Numbered from the stretch's first letter, positions 39,751 to 53,785 are shown. The stretch is 64,000 nucleotides of DNA from Octopus sinensis (GCF_006345805.1 NC_042999.1:28954001-29018000), one strand, 5' to 3'. The notes: generated by a model not told the origin, from the letters alone. Program-made: numbers and translations.

Positions 39751-40090
39751 AAAGGGTAAAGACCCCCTTCGGTCAGGCACTGACCATGGGTTTGCACCTA
39801 GAGAGATACCCTCTGAGGCACAAGTCTGGGCAAGGTTGTTTTTATGGAAGACCAGCAGTCGCCCATGCATACCCCTCTCCACGTCACCGATGTTGTCCAA
39901 GGGAAAGGCAAGGGCCGATACAGCTTGGCACCTGTGACGTCGCAACTCGTTTCTACAGCTGAGTGAACTGGAGCAACGTGAAATAAAGTGCCTTGCTCAA
40001 GAACACAACACGCAGCCCCGTCCGGGATTCGAGCTCACAACCTCACGATCGTAAGCTCGACGCTCTAACCACTGAGCCATGCGCCTTCAC
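39751..40090 (-). mobile_element. Full-length tRNA-derived SINE
   Basis: Minus head gtgaaggcgcatggctcagtggttagagcg...ctcgaatcccgg, body gttcttgagcaaggcac...cactcagctg; related to 62881-63048. Confidence 0.88.
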
Positions 40091-40099
40091 TATATACAT

Positions 40100-40195
<96 letters not shown>

Positions 40196-40233
40196 CATAC
40201 ATATATATAAACATATATACATACGTACATATA

Positions 40234-40270
<37 letters not shown>

Positions 40271-40675
40271 TGATAAATAAAAATATATGCATACATACAA
40301 ACATATATGTACGTACCTACATCTACATGTATATATACGTGCATATATAAATAGTTATACGTCAGTACAGGACATCACAAGAAGACGTAGAAACGGGAAA
40401 AACAAAAAAACAAAAAAACAAAAAACAAGAAAACGAAAAACGAAAACATATTTCAAGCATATTTCGAAGGCAGATACAGAACACTAATCCAATAGGCCTT
40501 CCTGTGAGAGAATTAAAATAAAATTCCAAGCAACGGGGCAAAATGAGTACGAACACGAACAAGACGTAACAATAAAACTGCAAAAATAAAAATACATGTA
40601 CAAAAAATACAAATAATTACAAAACGAGAAAATAAAAAGAGAATACGATACAGGAAATCAAACACACAAGAGGAC

Positions 40676-40720
<45 letters not shown>

Positions 40721-40913
40721 ATATATATGAAAAAATGGAGCTTTCATATATTTATATTTTTAAAATAAACATACAAATTTCCACACGAAAGCACGTAATC
40801 TATGTCCTAGGCACGTAACTTCAACCGTGTTTTTTCTGAAGTGAATTCGCTACCCAGGTATCGATTAATTCGAATTATCCTTAATAAGATAATTCATTCA
40901 ACTACTCAAATAT

Positions 40914-41010
<97 letters not shown>

Positions 41011-42096
41011 TATATATATGTGTGATATATGTATATCGTTCATACATGTGCAAGTATGTCAGAGCGAATATGTGCACGCTCTTCTGTAACTTAGAGAAAT
41101 CTACAGATGTATATATCAAAGAACGTGATGGGGTGATTATAGGAAAATGCTTTTTTCTTTTCATATAATGTCATTTTATCTGTTCGAATTATAATTTTCT
41201 CTCATCAGAAAATTAGGGCTATTTCTTCAATACATATCTGTAAAATGATTCATATTTACAACTTGGTGCACTTTATTTGAATGCCTGACGATAGGTATGT
41301 GCAAGTTGTTGCTTTGCCTAAGAACAGACAAGATATTTAACCGAAGTGTACATTTGACAACGATAAACTTTTAAAATTATCTATACACATAGAGCTGACA
41401 TATCAAATAACATCACTACAATAATTTTGATTATTGGAAGCACGCAAAACATTTACGAAAGACTTTAGTTAACATAATTTAAGCAGACAGTAATATATTC
41501 TATTGATGTAATTACTGATTAACATATAAGAGATACGCAGAAGAAAGTCAGCAAGATAAGAATATCGGAGTGACAACTAAGTGATTATTTAGCTCCTATT
41601 ATGCCGACTACTGTTTAATGATACTGACTAGAGAGGCAGGTTTTCGGGGTTGCAACATGGTTATACCGATATAATTTGTGATAAATATAACAATAACAGT
41701 AGTAATGCCAGAATGGAATCAATAGATATTTAATACATCGCTACGTACTATTCCACAGATCAAATGTTTTTGACATCAGAGACGGTATCCTTGAGATTAG
41801 TATGGTGTAGCCCGTATTATCCACGGGAATCAGCGTTAATTCATTTAATCTAACAATACAGCAAGACTGAATGAATCACACTTATGCTTATCCTTTCATA
41901 CTGTGATTAATCCAATTCCACAGTATCGCCTATAGAAATGGATCAAAGATTATGTCCGCGGATAATACAGAGTATACCGTACTAATTCCAAGGATACTGA
42001 CTCTGATGTCAAAATCATCTGAACTGTGGAACAGTTCGTACTGTGGTATCAATATTTATAAATTCCATACATATATTATTGTTGTTATCATTCTCA

Positions 42097-42130
<34 letters not shown>

Positions 42131-42147
42131 TTCTCTCTCTCTCTCTC

Positions 42148-42216
<69 letters not shown>

Positions 42217-42297
42217 CGAGACAAAACCACTATTTTAAAATCAAACAAGGAAAGACTTAATCAATACATAAAATTTTAACATAAATTAAATAAACCG

Positions 42298-42341
42298 CCA
42301 CTACAATTGTTTCCTGTCTTCTACTGACATTCTTCAGGTGG
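42298..42341 (-). ncRNA. Minimal type-I hammerhead ribozyme (left arm)
   Basis: Exact reverse complement of 42393-42436. Confidence 0.8.
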
Positions 42342-42392
42342 ATTTTCGATCTTCTAATCAGATAATTTGATACTGATTAGAAGATCGAAAAT

Positions 42393-42436
42393 CCACCTGA
42401 AGAATGTCAGTAGAAGACAGGAAACAATTGTAGTGG
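42393..42436 (+). ncRNA. Minimal type-I hammerhead ribozyme (right arm)
   Basis: ccac CTGAAGA a tgtc agtagaa gaca g GAAAC AATT GTA gtgg: 4-bp stem I, intact core, palindromic stem III ACAATTGT, GUA site; A.G mismatch at base of stem II. Confidence 0.8.
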
Positions 42437-42605
42437 CGGTTTATTTAATTTATATTAAAATTTTATGTATTGATTAAGTATTTCCTTGTTTGATTTTAAA
42501 ATAGTGGTTTTGTCTCGAATTATATTATATAATATTTTACTATAAAATTGGATTTAACCCTAAATCTGATTTTTCCCTGTAATTTTGGATTCATTCCCTA
42601 ATATT

Positions 42606-42660
<55 letters not shown>

Positions 42661-42663
<3 letters not shown>

Positions 42664-44232
42664 AGAATTCACAAAAAACAAAAGACGAAGACAGGTGGTG
42701 TAGAAAGTAAACAGATGTAGAAGTATAACGCTCAGTGATGAAAGAGTCTTTAACGTTTCGAACTTACGCTCTTCCACAGAAAGGAACGCAGAAAGAAACA
42801 AGGAGACCAAATAAAGAATGTGTAGTGGCTAGCGATCTATCATGGCGAATGGCGGACAGGACGGTCACACTGGAAAGCTAGGGAGAAGGGGAGATAATAA
42901 AGTAGTGATGATCGCAAAACGAAGATTCGCGTGTGTGTGTGTATAAGAGAGTTTTTATATGCACGTGGAAGAGGACTGGTGATGTTGATATGTGTGTGTG
43001 TGTATGTGTAGGAGGATCCTTATGAGATGGAGGAACTCCACCCTCCCGTCATAAAAGGAAAAAGAAGAGAAAGAAGAAAAACGGGGTATTGCCGGCGACG
43101 GCATGTCCCGAAACCCCTTCGGTAGGATGTGTGCCACCGGAGGGGGGAAGATGACAACCACGTCAGTGGGATATGTGCCACCGAGCGAGGGATTTGAGGC
43201 CCCGCCCAGTGAAAGTGATAAAGAATATATGTTCTTCTATCTCATGAGAGGGGCAATTGACAGTTTCGTAGATAATAATATGGATAATCGGGTCCTAGGA
43301 GACCCTACTTGTATTGGCAGCCCAGAGTGGCCTCCGCCGGTGGCTGCTCTGGTGCTGAAAAGGAAGTAACGTGATCTTAAAATTGACTCGTGTAAAAACG
43401 AGAATTATAGAATTATTTTATGGAGCCCCGGATTGCGCTTGCACGAATGCCTGCAAGTTGCAAGAAAATTACTCGGGGAAACATTGTAGAGGTTTATCGC
43501 CTCCAATTTGTGTATAAATTGTATTTTATAATTGTATGGACGTCTTAGACCAAATATATTGTATTTTAAATTGTAAGAGGGTTAATTGAAAATGTAATGG
43601 GGGTATCTGGAATTTGTTAAGAACTACGTGACTGGCAAGTGATGGTGTGTTTGATCCTCTCATCTTATGGAATGACCAGCCAAACAAGGACACAACGTGT
43701 TATTACGGTAAGACTTATATTTATTAAGTATAAACTTATATAAAACACGGATATCTCCTTTATGCTGCAAAATTACATTTTTCGATTTAGCGTTGTTATT
43801 CGAACGAAAATTTATATTGTTATTACCGTTATGATTTGTTACCATGTCCTGATTAATAGAGGCATAATTAAAGTCAATGGGCTTAACATAGGTATTTTTA
43901 TCTTTATAGCCTGCTTTAATTAAGGCAGAATTATAAAATGCGGCTTTATCTTTGAAGATATGAACATGAGCAGATAATCTAGAATGTCTAAGTGAAATAT
44001 TTCTAAATTCCTTGTAATAGTCTTCGGATTATTAATGAGAGAGCTAATATATTTCAAATTAGTTGAGAGTTTATGGTATGGGAAATAGGAATCATTAAAT
44101 AGGCTAAAAGTAGTATGCGAAAAGTTGGCTTTAGTTATTTCATCATCGAAAATAAAATTTAAGCCAATGCTTCGGAAAAAATTTAAGCAACCTATCTTTG
44201 GTTAGAAACAATTTAAAGGTAAATTAGACAAT
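42661..44232 (-). mobile_element. 5'-truncated Penelope-like element (RT thumb, GIY-YIG remnant, 3' pLTR)
   Basis: Minus translation KDRLLKFFRSIGLNF...SYFPYHKLSTNLKYISS...FYNSALIKAGY and terminal LATCRHSCK, typical of PLE C-termini; (TA)n at both ends. Confidence 0.8.
42748..42783 (-). ncRNA. Minimal hammerhead-like motif with A6U core variant
   Basis: cttt CTGTGGA a gagc GTAA gttc GAAAC GT T aaag: stems I and II pair, GNRA-type loop II. Confidence 0.6.
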
Positions 44233-44244
44233 ATATATATATAT

Positions 44245-44308
<64 letters not shown>

Positions 44309-44324
<16 letters not shown>

Positions 44325-44584
44325 GTGTGTGTGTGTGTGTGTGTGTGTGTGTGGTGTGCGTGCGTGTATGCATGTATATACAAAACGGGCTGTTTAAAAG
44401 TTCATGACTTTGAAGGCGAATTAGTAATTTATGATTTTATTCAACCTATTCGTATCTTAGATTCACACATTTATTGCAGCGATCATTCACTTTGTCTGGA
44501 CGCTGCAACTCGGCACGTTGGGCCTGCAGCCAGCCCTTTCGAGACACGCTTAAAGCCATATATATATATATATACGACACCCTG

Positions 44585-44655
<71 letters not shown>

Positions 44656-44919
44656 GTGTGTGTGTGTGTGTGTGTGTGGTGTGTGTGTGTGTGCGTGCGT
44701 GTATGCATGTATATACAAAACGGGCTGTTTAAAAGTTCATGACTTTGAAGGCGAATTAGTAATTTATGATTTTATTCAACCTATTCGTATCTTAGATTCA
44801 CACATTTATTGCAGCGATCATTCACTTTGTCTGGACGCTGCAACTCGGCACGTTGGGCCTGCAGCCAGCCCTTTCGAGACACGCTTAAAGCCATATATAT
44901 ATATATATACGACACCCTG

Positions 44920-44976
<57 letters not shown>

Positions 44977-44992
44977 ATGTGTGTGTGTGTAT
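44309..44992 (-). repeat. Tandem duplication (335-bp period) of a mariner 3' fragment with flanking microsatellites
   Basis: Unique part repeats at 44381 and 44716; minus translation WLQAQ...DKVNDRCNKCVNL resembles a mariner C-terminus next to a TIR-like end. Confidence 0.85.
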
Positions 44993-46583
44993 TTGGATAT
45001 ATGTATTATTATGAGGTGTAAACAGTGACAAATACAGAGATACATATTTATCTGTTTGTGAGTTTTATTAATTTGTATAATAGACAATACTAAACAATAC
45101 TATTGGAGTGTGTAGCCCTCATTTGCTCGCATTATGAACTTTCCACACAAAAGGAACAAACAATGAAAACTGTTCGCATATTTTATTTTATAGTGTAATA
45201 AAACATATATAGCAGTCTGAAGAGATTTCATGGTCATTAAACATAAAATATAGACATTTATTTAAATACTTATACCTTATTATACCACCTCCTACAAAAC
45301 TATTAACGAAGACTTTTACTTCAATGTATTTTGTTTTAGTTAAATATTGTTTTGCCAATTATATTTTATGCATAATTTACAACATCTTCAAATAATAATA
45401 TACTGAACATTTATTAAATATATTTACAAGTTTAAATACTTATTTTATGCGTGTCCAATCATTATTTTTTTAATAGGTGTTTCTGTCTTGTTGTCTTGAA
45501 TATCTAGGTGCAGACAATCGCATATACATACGAATATATGCACGTATACATACACAGATACACACTCTTTTTAATGTGTTATGAGACAACATAAGTGCCA
45601 ATTATTGACTTAAAAGTGAAACCCTTCACAATTGATACACACATGCAGGCGCATGCACATACATCTACACACACAATACACACCGGCGCACACACTACAC
45701 ACAGGCGCACACATTATACACACGCACATACATACACACAAGTATACACACGTATGGTATTGTCCTATATCCTCCTTTTAAAAGAATACACACGTATATA
45801 TGTTTTAGTATATGTCTTTGCCTGTGTATTGTGGTATATATAAGAGTACTTTTTTACGTAAGGAAAGCAAAGTGAGTGTATGGGAGAGAGGATGTGTAAT
45901 TAAAATAGTTTGTGAGTGTGTCGTTCGAACGCGGGTGTGAGAGAAAGAGAGGGGCACAAACAGAATTAAAAATTAATGGACTGACTGACAGATAATTAAT
46001 TATCATATCTCAATGTCTATATATATAACGTGTGTCTCCTTTATTTCATTATTCAGAAATAGGTCCTTCGCTATATGTCAGAGTTATGCCGTGATAGGCA
46101 TCCATGTCCTATAAATTATTTTACCTCGAAATACACTACCCCACTTAGTAATACTGATACTTAGTTGCAGCTATGATATCACATTATACGTATAAAATGT
46201 TATTTTAATAAATAACTGATTATTTTTGAAAAAAGTTTTCGCGTAAGCTTTAATGAGTTTATTTGAGTGTTTTTTTTTATGTTTTGACGGTGGCCTGGGT
46301 TTGGGAGCCATCTTGAAAGGCATCATTACCATGATTTCTTACTGCTAAGGAAGTGCACATTTTATGGTTTTTAATTATACGTGTTTAAATTACTTAATCG
46401 TCATTTTGTGATTTCTAAACGGCATATTGTGCTACGTGGGGAAATATGCAGTTACGGCACTTGTATACTTCCTCGATTGATATAAGAAAAGAAGTGTCCC
46501 AACTTTTACATTTTTTCGGCATACGATAAGTATTAATCAATTAAGCGGGATGTCATCAATCTCTTAATTTCGCTAGCAAGAAA

Positions 46584-46783
46584 GGCGGCGAGCTGGCAAA
46601 AACCTTATGCTTACCGATGATTCATCTGTCTTTATCTTCTGATTTCAAATTCCCCTGTGGTCGACTTTGCATTTCATCCTTTCGAGCTCAATAAATTAAG
46701 TACCAGTTACCTACTGGGGTCGCTCTAATCGACAGCCCCCTCCCCAAAAATTTAGGGCCTTGTGCCTAGAGTAGAAAAGAATT
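46584..46783 (+). mobile_element. tRNA-derived SINE (internally deleted)
   Basis: ggcggcgagctggca...gtcgactttgcatttcatcctttcg...aagtaccag...ggggtcg; related remnant at 49770-49930. Confidence 0.75.
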
Positions 46784-47359
46784 TCCCGCTAAGAAAGGGC
46801 TACAAGTGAACTTGCTTTTCTTTTCCCACATCAATCAAAATTAATTATAGGAACTTTTTCATCGAAAAAATTTATTCTAGAATACATTCCCTGTATTCCA
46901 AACACTATCTCTCTCTGTTATTCTCCTTCCATCCCCCCTCACTCTGTATATCACCCTCTAAGTAATTCTCTTTACGTAAGAAGATTTTCGTGTTAATCAT
47001 TTATTCGTTATATCTTGATATTTTGTGAGAATTACACAAAATGCAGTTAGTGCCCACGCATATAAATGTTTCTTATTTTCACACTTTTTAATCACTACAA
47101 GCCATTTTAGTACTGTACATATTTTATTCAAGCGACCTCGTTATTTGTAATAAACGTTCCATTATATTAATTCACTATGTTCCATTACGTTAATTCAAAA
47201 GCATATTTTTCAACAAAAGTAATTTTCACTAGAACTACTGCCATCTACAAACGCGTTACACTTTGTTATCATGAAGTAATTATGTCGTTGTATTATATTC
47301 TAACACTATTGTTTATTTATTTATTTATTTTTTATTTAAGAGTTTTAAACTGATGGACC

Positions 47360-47560
47360 TTCAAGGACACTCTACCGTACGGCTTCCACCGCTGCGTCAT
47401 TGCGCACGTTGCACTTAGGAACCCTTCCAGGAAGATCGCCGACTAATCCTTTTCTTTCAAACCGGGCGATTAGGTTCCGAATCAGGTTATCGCTTGGAGA
47501 TAATTTGACAGTAAAAAAGTTGCCTGTATATATTAGACACATCCAATAAGAATAAAAATA
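47360..47560 (-). mobile_element. Tc1/mariner-superfamily transposase N-terminal HTH fragment
   Basis: PSDNLIRNLIARFERKGLVGDLPGRVPKCNVRNDAAVEAVR matches the KFxxTGSVxDxPxxGR pattern. Confidence 0.7.
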
Positions 47561-47637
47561 CAAAATGGCTGATCGTTAGTAAGGAGAGACACAGACACAC
47601 ACAGACACATATACACCCAAACATATTTTTTTAAATA

Positions 47638-47790
47638 TTTTACTTGTTTCTTGACTGCGACCATGCTGGGGCAACATTTTGTAAGCCTAGTAATTATTCT
47701 ATCGGGTTCTTCTGCCGAACAGCTAAGTTACGGGGACGGAAACACAGCACCTAATCTTGTCAAGCTTGAGGGGGCGGGTGACAAAGGCAG
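47638..47790 (-). mobile_element. SINE 3' fragment (same family as 5441-5804)
   Basis: Shared gctaagt(t/a)a(c/a)ggggac and ttttgtaagcc(t/c)agta motifs. Confidence 0.7.
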
Positions 47791-47888
47791 ACATGCAAAA
47801 CATATTTATTTATTTATGTATACATATATATTTATATAGATATATATGTATGTCTGTGTCTCTGTTTGTGTGTGTATATGTATGTATG

Positions 47889-47920
<32 letters not shown>

Positions 47921-47976
47921 ATATATATATATATATTATATATATATATGTGTGTGTGTGTGTATATGTATGTATG

Positions 47977-48087
<111 letters not shown>

Positions 48088-48089
48088 AG

Positions 48090-48975
48090 TGATAATGGTG
48101 ACATTGAGACCCAAAGGTGTCAGGTAATCAGGTAATGATGAATAAGTGCTATGGACAGACCATAGTTAAGTTCTGGATTCAGTAATGTTGCGAATAAATG
48201 GTTCAACGTTGGCTCTATGTCAGCGTGTGTATATAAAAATTTTTGCCGTAATTCCTTCAGCACTCTAGCAGGGAACCTGTCCGGACCCACTGATGAATCA
48301 GGTTTGATTTATTTTTATTGCTGGTAGGACATCAGTGGCATCGAATGTTATGTCGGGAAGGACATCTCGAGGATTCAAAGAAGCAAAACTGCTTGAGTTA
48401 GCTGAATCAGGGTCACTGAAGACAGACCAATACTAACTTTGCAGTATCTCAACCATTTATTTCGCATCACAGTGCAGGATGCCGTTTCTGTCAACCAGTA
48501 GGCTGATAGAGGACACTCTGGGCCTATGTGTGTTTACAAAGGAGTATAAGATGCTTTTAATAGCCCGGGTGTCCTTTGCAGCTCTTTGGTCTTTTATGAG
48601 AGTCCTCATACATTCCTGGAGTTGTTGCTTCTTTAATTCCAAGGTTGTTAATTTTCTCGATTGGGGTGATGGTATTTTAATGTATTGATTTTTCAGTTTA
48701 TTCTTCTTATTCTCCTGGTGAGCGCTTTTCTCTGGTTTGGAATCCTCGGTCTACTGTTATTTATGAGTCTTGAGGGTGTCTGTTTTGAACATACGTGGGT
48801 GACTGCGTCCTCAAATTCTCGCCATGCGTTTGTTGTACTATTGTAGGTAGAAAGGGTGAAGGACCAGTCTACTTGCAATACGTTTTGAGTGGCCGCACAC
48901 CAGTTTGACTTGCGTAAATCCATGTTATCAAGTGGATGCTCTGGAGTTTTGGGATGCTGAGTATTGACGTTACAA
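48090..48975 (-). mobile_element. CR1-like LINE fragment (APE-RT linker)
   Basis: Minus translation VDWSFTL...NAWREFEDAV...ILYSFVNTHRPRVSSISLLVDRNGILHCDAK*MVEILQS*YWSVFS...DITFDATDVL. Confidence 0.75.
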
Positions 48976-48979
48976 ATTA

Positions 48980-49038
<59 letters not shown>

Positions 49039-49769
49039 CACATCATCATTGATCTAATAAATGGAAACATTATTATTCCCAAATCTCTCAATGAAAGATA
49101 TACAGTAGAAGTATTTTAAGGTAAAGATTATTTACCAAACTTATGTAGCAGCGCTCTATCAGCCAAAGAGATATTATGTGCCCATGAAGGGAGACAGCCC
49201 TGAAACTGCACGATCCACAGATACTGCTTTGTTCTGGGTGGGGGTGCCAGACTCCACTGTTCGAAAATGTAAGGACACAGAATGTGTGTGGTATTGCCAA
49301 CTGGAGACTATGACTCCTGGGGCTAAACAACTGCAGCATTCGTCCCAATCGGAATTGCCACATTATATTGGCAAATATTGTTTACTTTAAAGTACTACTA
49401 CTGTATATCTTTCGTTGAGAGATTTAGGAACAATAATGATTCTATTTAATAGACAAGTGGTTGTGTGTCACTTAGAAAATTATATATATTTTCGAACGAG
49501 TGTTAGGCTGCACTGGCTTAAACAAAGATTTATTCTGTATTGATTAGCAAATAATTTTTACACACACACACACAGACACACACAGACACACACACAGACA
49601 CACACACACACAGACACACACATAGACACACACCCCCACACCCCCACACGCATACATACATATTTATATATACTTACATATGTGAATGTGTGTATGCATA
49701 TGAATGTCTATATACTGCATATATTTTTCATAAAAAAATATACTTTCTTAATTTTGTACAGGGGGCAGT

Positions 49770-49930
49770 AATTTTCAAGGGGGTGGAAGGCGATTACTTC
49801 GACCCCAGCTCTAACCAGATACTTATTTTTATCGACACGAAAATGATGAAAACCAAAGTACGCTTTTTGAACTCAGAACATCAAGACAAATGAAATGATG
49901 CTAGGCATTTTGTCTGCAGCTCTAATGATT
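49770..49930 (-). mobile_element. Old SINE remnant (family of 46584)
   Basis: tcgaccccag...tttatcgac...ttgaactcagaac is the reverse complement of that family. Confidence 0.55.
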
Positions 49931-49955
49931 TTGTTTGCTTGTTTGATCCTTCTCG

Positions 49956-50242
49956 AGCCATGCCTGGCTTATAAGGGCCAGTTTCCCGGTTTCCTTGGCG
50001 TATAGGTTCCCCACCTGGACGGGACGCCGGTCCGTCGCAGGTGAGCTGCTAGATGCAGGAGGAAAGAGTCAGAGAAACTTGTGGCGAATGAGTCAGCAAA
50101 AGGTCGCCATTACCTTCTGTCGGAGCTGCGTGGAGCTTAGGTGGTTCGCTCATAAACATACACATCGCCCGGTCTGAGATTCGAACCCTCGATCTCTCGT
50201 CCCTGAGTCCGCTGCTCTAACCACCAGGCCAAAGGCCTCCAC
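49956..50242 (-). mobile_element. tRNA-derived SINE (family related to 37196-37495)
   Basis: Minus head gtggaggcctttggcctggtggttagagcagcggactc...ggttcgaatctcagaccgg. Confidence 0.85.
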
Positions 50243-50776
50243 AGCTCTAATGATTCTGCTATGTCATCCTGATATTATTTTTCAAAAGTAATAACATGCT
50301 AACAAGTGGAATGAAAATATTCTGGTGAGGTCGAAACAGAGAAGAAGTAAGGAAACGTTGAAAGGTAGATGGAGCAGGATACTGTAAGATGAATATAATT
50401 GGCAGGTAGTGAAAATGCGAAGGAGTGGTGAGGTGACATAAATGAATCGGTAAATAAAAGAGGGGAAATATACCCTATATTTAAAATGATACAAAACGGA
50501 AGGATATTTATGCAGTAAAACCTCTGACTTCAAAGTATTTTCAGTTACATCTTTCTTTGTTTTAATTTATTTTGTTTTAGTACATGTTCTATAGTAGCAT
50601 GATCACTAGCATATCAATGCGTTTCCATATAAACGTAGAGAGAATATATATCCATCATTTCCTCTCTACTCGGTTTTTAAAGATATTTTGTTCTTTCGTG
50701 TGTAGGAATATGAGTTTAAATACGTATGTTCGTACACACACTCAAACACAGACACAGACACACATGCACACACATG

Positions 50777-50822
<46 letters not shown>

Positions 50823-52114
50823 CATGTATCTACATACTTACAGACACACATATTCACAGGATTTGGAGCTATAATTAGTTTCATGTTCCAGAAATGACAA
50901 AGCTTGTATGGCGTGTTTTGCATTTTACAGTGCATTTATCTCTGAGCGGATGGAGTACATTTTTTTGATTCCATCAGTAACGCAATAGTGCATAAATATA
51001 CATAGGTGTATGCCTCTGTATGCGCTTATAATTGGGTGTTTGTGTGTAAAAGTTATCCCTGTATTTCACATATGTCTCTCAATGTTGATAGATATAGCAG
51101 ACAAATTACCATAGCTAACTGAATTTAGTCAGTTTTAACGTTTTACACTAATCGACCTCCGTGCTATAGAAATAAGAATTATATGAATGGAAACCCTATT
51201 TTGTCTTCAGATTAATAAAAATCCAAGACAAAAATGGACTCATGTGCTTTTTTTATTAGTTTAGTGGTCGTTGTTACTTTGATAACCGCTCGTCTAATAG
51301 AAAATTGCTGTTGCACAAAAGACGCACTGACATTAAAACATTAAAGTCTGTATACCGATGTCGTACCAAATTCTTTTTATACAATATAGATTATGAGCCA
51401 CAGTCGATATTATGGTCATATCCTGAAAATATGAAACATTAAAATTAAATGATAAACGAAATAGTTCATTTGTTATATGGTAAGCGTTTGGTGTACGCTC
51501 AAGATTAGAAATATACTTTCTTTAATGTCTGCAATATGTGATTCAAAAAGACAAAGAATAACGATTATTAGATGTAAGAGCAATACAAAGACGTAAAATA
51601 ATAAGTAAACACTAATGCATCAAATAGAGTTGTTGGTATAAGTAAAATATAGAGCTACCAGACAAGCGGACTGGCATTATGAGGCATGAGTATTACATAT
51701 GGGATGTTGTAGAGCATGTGAGATTATAGAAAGAACAGCAGCCTTGCAAGTTCAAGAGGCTAATAGCCATAATTTAGAGGAACACTACGTATTCAATGAG
51801 AACATAAGACGTAAGAGGCATACGAGAATATCAGAGAACAGAGCAAAATGAAATACAAAACATAGGGAACAAACAAATTTTAATTTAAAATAAAAATAAA
51901 ACAGTCAAATATAGATAGAAATGCAGAAAAGTAGGATGGTGAAATTTATTAATCATAGTCAAAAGAAAAGAATATTAAGGTTGCAAAATGAAGAATAGAT
52001 CTACTATTCCCTAAGTTGCTGGAAACGGAACTTTAACTTCGTCAGTTTTTACAATGACGATGAAACTTTTAGTAAGTTCTTTGCTCCACAAAAACGAGTT
52101 ATTATTTTCCGTTC

Positions 52115-52500
52115 TCAGTAATGTTTGAACACATCAGTGGAGATCCCTATTATTCTACCATGCATGAGCAAAACAACCGTGAAGGACAAAAAGAAAGGAA
52201 AAGAAAATCTTATGAAGAAATGCTGGAGTGTCAGAAGAGACTCGTACACAATCACACGATAAGCAAATTATACGAAAAATTAGTGAAAGATTAAAATTTT
52301 AATAGGGAGGATATATCGCCAAATTGTTCAGTACAACAGTTTGCTTGGAAAAAGTATTAATGTATTGTATTCCTCATGCGCTATGATTACTACAATCTCC
52401 AGACCATTTGTTTGACGTTTTTGAGGATATCAATTTGTCAAACAGTGAATTTAGTCAAGAACAACTCCATACTCCCTTAAATTCAAATGCGAAAATGAGG
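52115..52500 (+). mobile_element. Possible highly decayed hAT (Buster/ZBED5-like) transposase fragment
   Basis: YEEMLECQKRLVHNH...LFDVFEDINLSN loosely resembles the EMxxxHxxLL.HT and YLxDIFxxLNxLN motifs; weak. Confidence 0.25.
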
Positions 52501-53785
52501 AACATAGTAGATAGCAATAGCTAATAGAAAATGTCATTGTAGCTCGTAAACTAAAAAGCTTATACTAAATATCGATCTTGAAGGAATTTTAATATAAAAA
52601 AAAATTTTAGTTATGAGAGCAGATTGACATGTTCTACACTGCAAACTACATCACATTATAAGAATTATATAGAAAATATGTACCATTTTGGTACATATAT
52701 GTGAGTTCGGTTGTGTGTGTGTGAGTATATGTGTGTTTATATGTATGTATGTATGTGAATATATGCATATATATATATATATATTATATATATATATATA
52801 TGTCCCTCTCTTTATATAAATATAGATATAAATATCTACACACGCACAAACACGCATTTCTCTCTCTCACACACACATAAACACATACACACACATGCAA
52901 AAACACACACATATATCTATGCATATCGGAGTATGCCAAAACCTACTGAGGGCAAATAGCATTTTATATTCATACTCTACAATAAATTATATAGTAAACA
53001 ATAATGTAAAGCACTTTCGAAATTGTAACATGTATCTTATTGTGTTACACTACGAATATTGCAGTAAACCATGATCTATGAAGCAGAACATAAATAGAAT
53101 ATTAGTTTTAAAAAAAAGAATATTTTAGTGTTTTATGGAAAAAAAATTGATTCTGAATGAGATTTTTAACGTTTCATTTCTTACATTTTATGAGCATAGA
53201 CATGCTCTTATAATATATTGTGATGAAAATCATAAATACCAAAGATTATTGAACACGGCAATTTCAAATGGATCGAATAATCATTGGGAATTACATAGAA
53301 ATATCTGCAAAACTCGTCATACTTTTGGCATCGAGTGTATAAATATGATACATAGTTTATCACGGTTGGTTAATTTGATTCAAGATAAATAACATGTCCG
53401 AATTATTATCTATTTTAAAGTATGTCATTGAATATAAGGATGAATATGCAGTTTCTATCGTGTTATTTCATATTTTATTGTGCCTTTATTATTTGGGTAT
53501 TCATTTATGCTTCATGAAAAAAATTATTAGTATATATCAAATCATGTGAATACTAAATTAACAAAGCTATCAGTAAAAATACATATTCATAGCTTCTTGT
53601 TACATGATTGTATTTTGTGACAAATTATTCATAATTTTGAACGATCAATTTTGACACTACATATCAATTCTTTAAAGCGTTACTAGATTAATCGTTTCAG
53701 CATCCTTGTGTGTGACTGATTATCAATGATAATATGAAGAAGAATTTTATAGATGACTCACGATAGTAACAAACATTTCTTTAAA

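Larger units (their letters stand above)
42211..42605. mobile_element. Family A fold-back element: about 150-bp near-perfect palindrome arms plus 3' tail, between (TA)n tracts
   Basis: 42211-42361 is inverted at 42373-42523 with an 11-nt loop and 2 mismatches seen; tail matches the reverse complement of 10150-10245. Confidence 0.9.

Noticed and set aside
44474-45028. 184-aa ORF with a repeated unique segment
   Set aside because: Arises from the 335-bp duplication plus microsatellites, antisense to a mariner fragment.
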